A stretch of DNA of 64,000 nt, taken from NCBI GenBank assembly GCA_964016885.1, contig OZ024740.1:28644001-28708000 (forward strand), read 5' to 3'. Of this stretch, positions 28,201 to 41,600 are shown piece after piece. The notes beneath the pieces are model-generated. The model ran no database searches. It was not told where the DNA came from and worked only from the letters and a program-made list of their open reading frames with translations. Every line of letters starts with the position of its first letter. Positions within the stretch are counted from its first letter, which is position 1. The stretch is from Eledone cirrhosa (lineage: Eukaryota). Position numbers and translations under genes: made by a program.

Positions 28201-30880
28201 CTGTGTTAACAGCTGTCTTACATATGTGTGTACTGTGTCAACAGCTGTGTTATATATGTGTCTACCGTGTTAACAGCTGTCTTATATATGTGTCTACTGT
28301 GCTAACAGCTGTCTTATATATGTGTCTACTGTGTTAACAGATGTCTTATATATGTGTCTACTGTGCTAACAGCTGTCTTATATATGTGTCTACTGTGTTA
28401 ACAGATGTCTTATATATGTGTCTACTGTGTTAACAGCTGTGTTATATATGTGTCTACTGTGTCAACAGCTGTCTTATATATGTGTCTACTCTGTTAACAG
28501 CTGTGTTATATATGTGTGTACTGTGTCAACAGCTGTGTTATATATGTGTCTACTGTGTTAACAGCTGTCTTATATATGTGTCTACTGTGTCAACAGCTGT
28601 GTTATATATGTGTCTACTGTGTTAACAGCTGTCTTAAATATGTGTCTACTGTGTTAACAGCTCTCTTATATATGTGTCTACTGTGTTAACAGCTGGGTTA
28701 TATATGTGTCTACTGTGTTAACAGCTGTCTTATATATGTGTCTACTGTGTTAACAGCTGTCTTATATATGTCTACTGTGTCAACAGCTGTCTTATATATG
28801 TCTCTACTGTGCTAACAGCTGTCTTATATATGTGACTACTGTGTTAACAGCTGTCTTATATATGTGACTACTGTGTTAACAGCTGGGTTATATATGTGTC
28901 TACTGTGTTAACAGCTGTCTTATATATGTGTCTACTGTGTTAACAGCTGTGTTATATATGTGTCTACTGTGTCAACAGCTGTCTTATATATGTGTCTACT
29001 GTGCTAACAGCTGTGTTATATATGTGTCTACAGTGTCAACAGCTGTCTTATATATGTCTCTACTGTGTTAACAGCTGTCTTATATATGTCTCTACTGTGT
29101 TAACAGCTGTCTTATATATGTGTCTATAGTGTTAACAGCTGTCTTATATATGTGTCTACTGTGTCAACAGCAGTCTTATATATGTGTCTACTGTGCTAAC
29201 AGCTGTCTTATATATGTGTCTACTGTGCTAACAGCTGTCTTATATATGTGTCTACAGTGTCAACAGCTGTCTTATATATGTGTCTACTGTGTTAACAGCT
29301 GTCTTATATATGTCTCTACTGTGCTAACAGCTGTCTTATATATGTGTCTACTGTGTTAACAGCTGTCTTATATATGTGTCTACTGTGTCAACAGCTGTCT
29401 TATATATGTGTCTATTGTACTAACAGCTGTGTTATATATGTGTCTACTGTGTCAACAGCTGTGTTATATATGTGTCTACTGTGTTAACTGCTGTCTTATA
29501 TATGTGTCTACTGTGCTAACAGCTGTGTTATATATGTGTCTACTGTGTTAACAGCTGTCTTACATATGTGTCTACTGGGCTAACAGCTGTCTTATATATG
29601 TGTCTACTGTGTTAACAGCTGTCTTATATATGTGTCTACTGTGTTAACAGCTGTCTTATATATGTGTCTACTGTGTCAACAGCTGTGTTATATATGTGTC
29701 TTGTGTGTTAACAGCTGTCTTATATATGCGTCTACTGTGTTAACTGCTGTGTTATATATGTGTCTACTGTGTTAACAGCTGTCTTATATATGTGTCTACT
29801 GTGTTAACAGCTGTCTTATACATGTGTCTACTGTGTCAACAGCTGTGTTATATATGTGTCTACTGTGTTAACAGCTTTCTTATATATGTGTCTACTGTGT
29901 CAACAGCTGTCTTATATATGTGTCTACTGTGCTAACAGCTGTCTTATATATGTGTCTACTGTGTTAACAGCTGTCTTATATATGCGTCTACTGTGTTAAC
30001 AGCTGTCTTATATATGTGTCTACTGTGTTAACAGCTGTCTTATATATGCGTCTACTGTGTTAACAGCTGTCTTATATATGTGTCTACTGTGTCAACAGCT
30101 GTCTTATATATGCGTCTACTGTGTTAACAGCTGTCTTATATATGTGTCTACTGTGTTAACAGCTGTCTTATATATGCGTCTACTGTGTCAACAGCTGTCT
30201 TATATATGTGTCTACTGTGTTAACAGCTGTCTTATATATGCGTCTACTGTGTTAACTGCTGTGTTATATATGTGTCTACTGTGTTAACAGCTGTCTTATA
30301 TCTGTGTCTACTGTGTTAACAGCTGTCTTATATATGTGTCTACTGTGTTAACAGCTGTCATAAATATGTGTCTACTGTGTTAACAGCTGTCTTATATATA
30401 TGTCTACTGTGTTAACAGCTGTCTTATAGATGTGTCTACTGTGTTAACAGCTGTCTTATATATGTGTCTTCTGTGTTAACAGCTGTCTTATATATGTGTC
30501 TACTGTGTTAACAGCTGTGTTATATATGTGTCTACTGTGTCAACAGCTGTGTTATATATGTGTCTACTGTGTTAACAGCTGTCTTACATATGTGTGTACT
30601 GTGTCAACAGCTGTGTTATATATGTGTCTACTGTGTTAACAGCTGTCTTATATATGTGTCTACTGTGCTAACAGCTGTCTTATATATGTGTCTACTGTGT
30701 TAACAGATGTCTTATATATGTGTCTACTGTGCTAACAGCTGTCTTATATATGTGTCTACTGTGTTAACAGATGTCTTATATATGTGTCTACTGTGTTAAC
30801 AGCTGTGTTATATATGTGTCTACTGTGTCAACAGCTGTCTTATATATGTGTCTACTGTGTTAACAGCTGTGTTATATATG
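13300..30880. repeat. Large tandem duplication within the array (copy 1 about 13.3-21.8 kb, copy 2 about 21.5-30.9 kb; offset 8256 rising to 9056/9054 bp)
   Basis: Paired rare variants: GTCGAC 13924/22180, GTATTAAC about 14700/22956, CGGCTGTCTTG about 17778/26834, CTATAG about 20070/29124, TATTGTAC about 20359/29413, GCTTTCTT about 20820/29874, GTCATAAA about 21303/30357. ORF offsets of 8256, 8384, 9056 and 9054 agree. Confidence 0.9.
16190..18680. repeat. Internal repeat with 49-monomer (1568 bp) spacing, also present in the duplicate at about 25.2-27.7 kb
   Basis: ORFs at 16258/17826 and 16738/18306 (and 25314/26882, 25794/27362) are identical and 1568 bp apart. The TATACGTG, TTAAGAG and GTGACTAC markers recur at this spacing. 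Confidence 0.8.
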
Positions 30881-31699
30881 TGTGTACTGTGTCAACAGCT
30901 GTGTTAAATATGTGTCTACTGTGTTAACAGCTGTCTTATATATGTGTCTACTGTGTCAACAGCTGTGTTATATATGTGTCTACTGTGTTAACAGCTGTCT
31001 TAAATATGTGTCTACTGTGTTAACAGCTCTCTTATATATGTGTCTACTGTGTTAACAGCTGTCTTATATATGTGTCTACTGTGTTAACAGCTGGGTTATA
31101 TATGTGTCTACTGTGTTAACAGCTGTCTTATATATGTGTCTATTGTGTCAACAGCTGTCTTATATATGTGTCTACTGTGTTAAAAGCTGTCTTATATATG
31201 TGTCTACTGTGTCAACAGCTGTCTTATATATGTGTCTACTGTGTTAACAGCTGTTTTATATATGTGTCTTCTGTGTTAACAGCTGTCTTATATATGTGTC
31301 TTCTGTGTTAACAGCTGTCTTATATATGTGTCTACTGTGTTAACAGCTGTCTTATATATGCGTCTACTGTGTTAACTGCTGTGTTATATATGTGTCTACT
31401 GTGTTAACAGCTGTCTTATATATGTGTCTACTGTGCTAACAGCTGTCTTATATATGTGTGTACTGTGTCAACAGCTGTCTTATATATGTGTCTACTGTGT
31501 CAACAGCTGTCTTATATATGTGTCTACTGTGTTAACAGCTGTCCTATATATGTGTCTACTGTGTTAACAGCTGTGTTATATATGTGTCTACTGTGTCAAC
31601 AGCTGTCTTATATATGTGTCTACTGTGTTAACAGCTGTCATATATATGTGTCTACTGTGCTAACAGCTGTCTTATATATGTGTCTACTGTGTTAACAGC

Positions 31700-34600
31700 T
31701 GTCTTATATATGTGTCTACTGTGTTAACAGCTGTCTTATATATGTGTCTACTGTGCTAACAGCTGTCTTATATATCTGTCTACTGTGTTAACAGCTGTCT
31801 TATATATATGTCTACTGTGTTAACTGCTGTGTTATATATGTGTCTACTGTGTTAACAGCTGTCTTATATATATGTCTACTGTTCTAACAGCTGTCTTATA
31901 TATGTGTCTACTGTGTTAACAGCTGTCTTATATATGTATCTACTGTGTTAACTGCTGTGTTATATATGTGTCTACTGTGTTAACAGCTGTCTTATATATG
32001 TCTACTGTGTTAACTGCTGTGTTATATATGTGTCTACTGTGTTAACAGCTGTCTTATATATATGTCTACTGTTCTAACATCTGTCTTATATATGTGTCTA
32101 CTGTGTTAACAGCTGTCTTATATATGTGTCTACTGTGTTAACTGCTGTGTTATATATGTGTCTACTGTGTCAACAGCTGTGTTATATATGTGTCTACTGT
32201 GTTAACAGCTGTCTTACATATGTGTGTACTGTGTCAACAGCTGTGTTATACATGTGTCTACTGTGTTAACAGCTGTCTTATATATGTGTCTACTGTGCTA
32301 ACAGCTGTCTTATATATGTGTCTACTGTGTTAACAGCTGTCTTATATATGTGTCTACTGTGTTAACAGCTGTCTTATATATGTGTCTACTGTGCTAACAG
32401 CTGTCTTATATATCTGTCTACTGTGTTAACAGCTGTCTTATATATATGTCTACTGTGTTAACTGCTGTGTTATATATGTGTCTACTGTGTTAACAGCTGT
32501 CTTATATATATGTCTACTGTTCTAACAGCTGTCTTATATATGTGTCTACTGTGTTAACAGCTGTCTTATATATGTGTCTACTGTGTTAACTGCTGTGTTA
32601 TATATGTGTCTACTGTGTTAACAGCTGTGTTATATATGTCTACTGTGTTAACTGCTGTGTTATATATGTGTCTACTGTGTTAACAGCTGTCTTATATATA
32701 TGTCTACTGTTCTAACATCTGTCTTATATATGTGTCTACTGTGTTAACAGCAGTCTTATATATGTGTCTACTGTGTTAACTGCTGTGTTATATATGTGTC
32801 TACTGTGTTAACAGCTGTCTTATATATATGTCTACTGTGTTAACTGCTGTGTTATATATGTGTCTACTGTGTTAACAGCTGTCTTATATATATGTCTACT
32901 GTGTTAACTGCTGTGTTATATATGTGTCTACTGTGTTAACAGCTGTCTTATATATATGTCTACTGTTCTAACAGCTGTCTTATATATGTGTCTACTGTGT
33001 TAACAGCTGTCTTATATATGTGTCTACTGTGTTAACTGCTGTGTTATATATGTGTCTACTGTGTTAACAGCTGTCTTATATATGTCTACTGTGTTAACTG
33101 CTGTGTTATATATGTGTCTACTGTGTTAATAGCTGTCTTATATATATGTCTACTGTTCTAACATCTGTCTTATATATGTGTCTACTGTGTTAACAGCTGT
33201 CTTATATATGTGTCTACTGTGTTAACTGCTGTGTTATATATGTGTCTACTGTGTTAACAGCTGTCTTATATATGCGTCTACTGTGTTAACAGCTGTCTTA
33301 TATATGTGTCTACTGTGTTAACAGCTGTCTTATATATGCGTCTACTGTGTCAACAGCTGTCTTATATATGTGTCTACTGTGTTAACAGCTGTCTTATATA
33401 TGCGTCTACTGTGTTAACTGCTGTGTTATATATGTGTCTACTGTGTTAACAGCTGTCTTATATATGTGTCTACTGTGTTAACAGCTGTCTTATATATGTG
33501 TCTACTGTGTTAACAGCTGTCTTAAATATGTGTCTAGTGTGTTAACAGCTGTCTTATATATGTGTCTACTGTGTTAACAGCTGTCTTATATATGTGTCTA
33601 CTGTGTTAACAGCTGTATTATATATGTGTCTACTGTGTCAACAGCTGTCTTATATAAATGTCTACTGTGTTAACAGCTGTCTTATATATGTGTCTACTGT
33701 GTTAACAGCTGTCTTACATATGTGTGTACTGTGTCAACAGCTGTGTTATATATGTGTCTAATGTGTTAACAGCTGTCTTATATATGTGTCTTCTGTGTTA
33801 ACAGCTGTCTTATATATGTGTCTACTGTGTTAACAGCTGTGTTATATATGTGTCTACTGTGTCAACAGCTGTGTTATATATGTGTCTACTGTGTTAACAG
33901 CTGTCTTACATATGTGTGTACTGTGTCAACAGCTGTGTTATATATGTGTCTACTGTGTTAACAGCTGTCTTATATATGTGTCTACTGTGCTAACAGCTGT
34001 CTTATATATGTGTCTACTGTGTTAACAGCTGTCTTATATATGTGTCTACTGTGTTAACAGCTGTCTTATATATGTGTCTACTGTGCTAACAGCTGTCTTA
34101 TATATCTGTCTACTGTGTTAACAGCTGTCTTATATATATGTCTACTGTGTTAACTGCTGTGTTATATATGTGTCTACTGTGTTAACAGCTGTCTTATATA
34201 TATGTCTACTGTTCTAACAGCTGTCTTATGTATGTGTCTACTGTGTTAACAGCTGTGTTATATATGTCTACTGTGTTAACTGCTGTGTTATATATGTGTC
34301 TACTGTGTTAACAGCTGTCTTATATATATGTCTACTGTTCTAACATCTGTCTTATATATGTGTCTACTGTGTTAACAGCTGTCTTATATATGTGTCTACT
34401 GTGTTAACTGCTGTGTTATATATGTGTCTACTGTGTTAACAGCTGTCTTATATATGCGTCTACTGTGTTAACAGCTGTCTTATATATGTGTCTACTGTGT
34501 TAACAGCTGTCTTATATATGCGTCTACTGTGTCAACAGCTGTCTTATATATGTGTCTACTGTGTTAACAGCTGTCTTATATATGCGTCTACTGTGTTAAC

Positions 34601-36830
34601 TGCTGTGTTATATATGTGTCTACTGTGTTAACAGCTGTCTTATATATGTGTCTACTGTGTTAACAGCTGTCTTAAATATGTGTATACTGTGTTAACAGCT
34701 GTCTTATATATGTGTCTACTGTGTCAACAGCTGTCTTATATATGTGTCTACTGTGTTAACAGCTGTCTTATATATGTGTCTACTGTGTTAACAGCTGTGT
34801 TATATATGTGTCTACTGTGTCAACAGCTGTCTTATATATGTGTCTACTGTGTTAACAGCTGTCTTATATATGTGTCTACTGTGTTAACAGCTGTCTTACA
34901 TATGTGTGTACTGTGTCAACAGCTGTGTTATATATGTGTCTACTGTGTTAACAGCTGTCTTATATATGTGTCTTCTGTGTTAACAGCTGTCTTATATATG
35001 TGTCTACTGTGTTAACAGCTGTGTTATATATGTGTCTACTGTGTTAACAGCTGTATTATATATGTCTACTGTGTTAACTGCTGTGTTATATATGTGTCTA
35101 CTGTGTTAACAGCTGTCTTATATATATGTCTACTGTTCTAACATCTGTCTTATATATGTGTCTACTGTGTTAACAGCTGTCTTATATATGTGTCTACTGT
35201 GTTAACTGCTGTGTTATATATGTGTCTACTGTGTTAACAGCTGTCTTATATATATGTCTACTGTGTTAACTGCTGTGTTATATATGTGTCTACTGTGTTA
35301 ACAGCTGTCTTATATATATGTCTACTGTGTTAACTGCTGTGTTATATATGTGTCTACTGTGTTAACAGCTGTCTTATATATATGTCTACTGTTCTAACAG
35401 CTGTGTTATATATGTGTCTACTGTGTTAACAGCTGTCTTATATATGTGTCTACTGTGTTAACTGCTGTGTTATATATGTGTCTACTGTGTTAACAGCTGT
35501 CTTATATATGTCTACTGTGTTAACTGCTGTGTTATATATGTGTCTACTGTGTTAATAGCTGTCTTATATATATGTCTACTGTTCTAACATCTGTCTTATA
35601 TATGTGTCTACTGTGTTAACAGCTGTCTTATATATGTGTCTACTGTGTTAACTGCTGTGTTATATATGTGTCTACTGTGTTAACAGCTGTCTTATATATG
35701 CGTCTACTGTGTTAACAGCTGTCTTATATATGTGTCTACTGTGTTAACAGCTGTTTTATATATGCGTCTACTGTGTCAACAGCTGTCTTATATATGTGTC
35801 TACTGTGTTAACAGCTGTCTTATATATGCGTCTACTGTGTTAACTGCTGTGTTATATATGTGTCTACTGTGTTAACAGCTGTCTTATATATGTGTCTACT
35901 GTGTTAACAGCTGTCTTATATATGTGTCTACTGTGTCAACAGCTGTCTTATATATGTGTCTACTGTGTTAACAGCTGTCTTATATATGTGTCTACTGTGT
36001 TAACAGCTGTGTTATATATGTGTCTACTGTGTCAACAGCTGTCTTATATATGTGTCTACTGTGTTAACAGCTGTCTTATATATGTGTCTACTGTGTTAAC
36101 AGCTGTCTTACATATGTGTGTACTGTGTCAACAGCTGTGTTATATATGTGTCTAATGTGTTAACAGCTGTCTTATATATGTGTCTTCTGTGTTAACAGCT
36201 GTCTTATATATGTGTCTACTGTGTTAACAGCTGTGTTATATATGTGTCTACTGTGTCAACAGCTGTGTTATATATGTGTCTACTGTGTTAACAGCTGTCT
36301 TACATATGTGTGTACTGTGTCAACAGCTGTGTTATATATGTGTCTACTGTGTTAACAGCTGTCTTATATATGTGTCTACTGTGCTAACAGCTGTCTTATA
36401 TATGTGTCTACTGTGTTAACAGCTGTCTTATATATGTGTCTACTGTGTTAACAGCTGTCTTATATATATGTCTACTGTGCTAACAGCTGTCTTATATATC
36501 TGTCTACTGTGTTAACAGCTGTCTTATATATATGTCTACTGTGTTAACTGCTGTGTTATATATGTGTCTACTGTGTTAACAGCTGTCTTATATATATGTC
36601 TACTGTTCTAACAGCTGTCTTATGTATGTGTCTACTGTGTTAACAGCTGTGTTATATATGTCTACTGTGTTAACTGCTGTGTTATATATGTGTCTACTGT
36701 GTTAACAGCTGTCTTATATATATGTCTACTGTTCTAACATCTGTCTTATATATGTGTCTACTGTGTTAACAGCTGTCTTATATATGTGTCTACTGTGTTA
36801 ACTGCTGTGTTATATATGTGTCTACTGTGT
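31700..36830. repeat. Variant sub-domain with 30-bp monomers and TATATATATGTC / GTTCTAAC / frequent AACTGCTGTG alleles; contains a roughly 2.4-kb (about 76-monomer) duplication
   Basis: 2-bp-short monomers near 32000, 32640, 33085, 34265, 35065, 35510 and 36660. GTTAATAG at about 33130/35556 (2426 bp = 76x32-6). TTATGTATG at 34230/36624. I saw GTTCTAAC only in this interval. Confidence 0.85.
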
Positions 36831-38649
36831 TAACAGCTGTCTTATATATGCGTCTACTGTGTTAACAGCTGTCTTATATATGTGTCTACTGTGTTAACAG
36901 CTGTCTTATATATGCGTCTACTGTGTCAACAGCTGTCTTATATATGTGTCAAATGTGTTAACAGCTGTCTTATATATGCGTCTACTGTGTTAACTGCTGT
37001 GTTATATATGTGTCTACTGTGTTAACAGCTGTCTTATATATGTGTCTACTGTGTTAACAGCTGTCTTATATATGTGTCTACTGTGTTAACAGCTGTCTTA
37101 AATATGTGTCTACTGTGTTAACAGCTGTCTTATATATGTGTCTACTGTGTCAACAGCTGTCTTATATATGTGTCTACTGTGTTAACAGCTGTCTTATATA
37201 TGTGTCTACTGTGTTAACAGCTGTGTTATATATGTGTCTACTGTGTCAACAGCTGTCTTATATATGTGTCTACTGTGTTAACAGCTGTCTTATATATGTG
37301 TCTACTGTGTTAACAGCTGTCTTACATATGTGTGTACTGTGTCAACAGCTGTGTTATATATGTGTCTACTGTGTTAACAGCTGTCTTATATATGTGTCTT
37401 CTGTGTTAACAGCTGTCTTATATATGTGTCTACTGTGTTAACAGCTGTGTTATATATGTGTCTACTGTGTCAACAGCTGTGTTATATATGTGTCTACCGT
37501 GTTAACAGCTGTCTTACATATGTGTGTACTGTGTCAACAGCTGTGTTATATATGTGTCTACTGTGTTAACAGCTGTCTTATATATGTGTCTACTGTGCTA
37601 ACAGCTGTCTTATATATGTGTCTACTGTGTTAACAGATGTCTTATATATGTGTCTACTGTGCTAACAGCTGTCTTATATATGTGTCTACTGTGTTAACAG
37701 ATGTCTTATATATGTGTCTACTGTGTTAACAGCTGTCTTATATATGTCTCTACTGTGTTAACAGCTGTCTTATATATGTGTCTTCTGTGTTAACAGCTGT
37801 CTTATATATGTCTCTACTGTGCTAACAGCTGTCTTATATATGTGTCTACTGTGTTAACAGCTGTCTTATATATGTGTCTACTGGGCTAACAGCTGTCTTA
37901 TATATGTGTCTACTGTGTTAACAGCTGTCTTATATATGTGTCTACTGTGTTAACAGCTGTGTTATATATGTGTCTACTGTGCTAACAGCTGTCTTATATA
38001 TGTGTCTACTGTGCTAACAGCTGTGTTATATATGTGTCGACAGTGTCAACAGCTGTCTTATATATGTGTCTACTGTGCTAACAGCTGTCTTATATATGTG
38101 TCTACTGTGCTAACAGCTGTGTTATATATGTGTCTACTGTGTCAACAGCTGTCTTATATATGTGTCTACTGTGCTAACACACTGTGTTATATGTGTGTCT
38201 ACAGTGTCAACAGCTGTCTTATATATGTCTCTACTGTGTTAACAACTGTCTTATATATGTCTCTACTGTGCTAACAGCTGTCTTATATATGTGTCTACAG
38301 TGTTAACAGCTGTCTTATATATGTGTCTACTGTGTCAACAGCTGTCTTATATATGTGTCTACTGTGCTAACAGCTGTCTTATATATGTGTCTACTGTGCT
38401 AACAGCTGTCTTATATATGTGTCTACAGTGTCAACAGCTGTCTTATATATGTGTCTACTGTGCTAACAGCTGTCTTATATATGTGTCTACTGTGTTAACA
38501 GCTGTCTTATATATGTGTCTACTGTGTCAACAGCTGTCTTATATATGTGTCTACTGTGCTAACAGCTGTGTTATATATGTGTCTACTGTGTTAAGAGCTG
38601 TCTTATATATGTGTCTACTGTGCTAACATCTGTCTTATATATGTGTCTA

Positions 38650-41600
38650 CTGTGTCAACAGCTGTGTTATATATGTGTCTACTGTGTTAACAGCTGTCTT
38701 ATATATGTGTCTACTGTGCTAACAGCTGTGTTATATATGTGTCTACTGTGTTAAGAGCTGTCTTATATATGTGTCTACTGTGCTAACATCTGTCTTATAT
38801 ATGTGTCTACTGTGTTAACAGCTGTCTTATATATGTGTCTACTGTGTTAACAGCTGTCTTATATATGTGTCTACTGTGTCAACAGCTGTGTTATATATGT
38901 GTCTTCTGTGTTAACAGCTGTCTTATATATGCGTCTACTGTGTTAACTGCTGTGTTATATATGTGTCTACTGTGTTAACAACTGTCTTATATATGTGTCT
39001 ACTGTGTTAACAGCTGTCTTATACATGTGTCTACTGTGTCAACAGCTGTGTTATATATGTGTCTACTGTGTTAACAGCTGTCTTATATATGTGTCTACTG
39101 TGTCAACAGCTGTCTTATATATGTGTCTACTGTGTTAACAGCTGTCTTATATATGTGTCTACTGTGCTAACAGCTGTCTTATATATGCGTCTACTGTGTT
39201 AACAGCTGTCTTATATATGTGTCTACTGTGTTAACAGCTGTCTTATATATGCGTCTACTGTGTTAACAGCTGTCTTATATATGCGTCTACTGTGTCAACA
39301 GCTGTCTTATATATGCGTCTACTGTGTTAACAGCTGTCTTATATATGTGTCTACTGTGTTAACAGCTGTCTTACATATGTGTGTACTGTGTCAACAGCTG
39401 TGCTATATATGTGTCTACTGTGTTAACAGCTGTCTTATATATGTGTCTACTGTGTTAACAGCTGTCTTATATATGTGTCTTCTGTGTTAACAGCTGTCTT
39501 ATATATGTGTCTACTGTGTTAACAGCTGTCTTACATATGTGTGTACTGTGTCAACAGCTGTGTTATATATGTTTCTACTGTGTTAACAGCTGTCTTATAT
39601 ATGTGTCTACTGTGTTAACAGCTGTGTTATATATGTGTCTACTGTGTTAACAGCTGTCTTATATATGTGTCTACTGTGTTAACAGCTGTGTTATATATGT
39701 GTCTACTGTGTCAACAGTTGTGTTATATATGTGTCTACTGTGTTAACAGCTGTCTTACATATGTGTGTACTGTGTCAACAGCTGTGTTATATATTTGTCT
39801 ACTGTGTTAACAGCTGTCTTATATACGTGTCTACTGTGCTAACAGCTGTCTTATATATGTGTCTACTGTGTTAACAGATGTCTTATATATGTGTCTACTG
39901 TGCTAACAGCTGTCTTATATATGTGTCTACTGTGTTAACAGATGTTTTATATATGTGTCTACTGTGTTAACAGCTGTGTTATATATGTGTCTACTGTGTC
40001 AACAGCTGTCTTATATATGTGTCTACTGTGTTAACAGCTGTCTTATATATGTCTCTACTGTGTTAACAGCTGTCTTATATATGTGTCTTCTGTGTTAACA
40101 GCTGTCTTATATATGTCTCTACTGTGCTAACAGCTGTCTTATATATGTGTCTACTGTGTTAACAGCTGTCTTATATATGTGTCTACTGTGCTAACAGCTG
40201 TCTTATATATGTGTCTACTGTGTTAACAGCTGTCTTATATATGTGTCTACTGTGTTAACAGCTGTGTTATATATGTGTCTACTGTGCTAACAGCTGTCTT
40301 ATATATGTGTCTACAGTGTCAACAGCTGTCTTATATATCTGTCTACTGTGTCAACAGCTGTCTTATATATGTGTCTACTGTGCTAACAGCTGTCTTATAT
40401 ATGTGTCTACTGTGCTAACAGCTGTCTTATATATGTGTCTACAGTGTCAACAGCTGTCTTATATATGTGTCTACTGTGTTAACAGCTGTCTTATATATGT
40501 CTCTACTGTGCTAACAGCTGTCTTATATATGTGTCTACTGTGTTAACAGCTGTCTTATATATGTGTCTACTGTGTCAACAGCTGTCTTATATATGTGTCT
40601 ACTGTGCTAACAGCTGTGTTATATATGTGTCTACTGTGTCAACAGCTGTGTTATATATGTGTCTACTGTGTTAACAGCTGTCTTATATATGTGTCTACTG
40701 TGCTAACAGCTGTGTTATATATGTGTCTACTGTGTTAAGAGCTGTCTTATATATGTGTCTACTGTGCTAACAGCTGTCTTATATATGTGTCTACTGTGTT
40801 AACAGCTGTCTTATATATGTGTCTACTGTGTTAACAGCTGTCTTATATATGTGTCTACTGTGTCAACAGCTGTGTTATATATGTGTCTTCTGTGTTAACA
40901 GCTGTCTTATATATGCGTCTACTGTGTTAACTGCTGTGTTATATATGTGTCTACTGTGTTAACAGCTGTCTTATATATGTGTCTACTGTGTTAACAGCTG
41001 TCTTATACATGTGTCTACTGTGTCAACAGCTGTGTTATATATGTGTCTACTGTGTTAACAGCTGTCTTATATATGTGTCTACTGTGTCAACAGCTGTCTT
41101 ATATATGTGTCTACTGTGTTAACAGCTGTCTTATATATGTGTCTACTGTGCTAACAGCTGTCTTATATATGCGTCTACTGTGTTAACAGCTGTCTTATAT
41201 ATGTGTCTACTGTGTTAACAGCTGTCTTATATATGCGTCTACTGTGTTAACAGCTGTCTTATATATGCGTCTACTGTGTCAACAGCTGTCTTATATATGC
41301 GTCTACTGTGTTAACAGCTGTCTTATATATGCGTCTACTGTGTCAACAGCTGTCTTATATATGCGTCTACTGTGTTAACAGCTGTCTTATATATGCGTCT
41401 ACTGTGTCAAGAGCTGTCTTATATATGTGTCTACTGTGTTAACAGCTGTCTTATATATGCGTCTACTGTGTTAACTGCTGTGTTATATATGTGTCTACTG
41501 TGTTAACAGCTGTCTTATATATGTGTCTACTGTGTTAACAGCTGTCTTAAATATGTGTCTACTGTGTTAACAGCTGTCTTATATATGTGTCTACTGTGTC

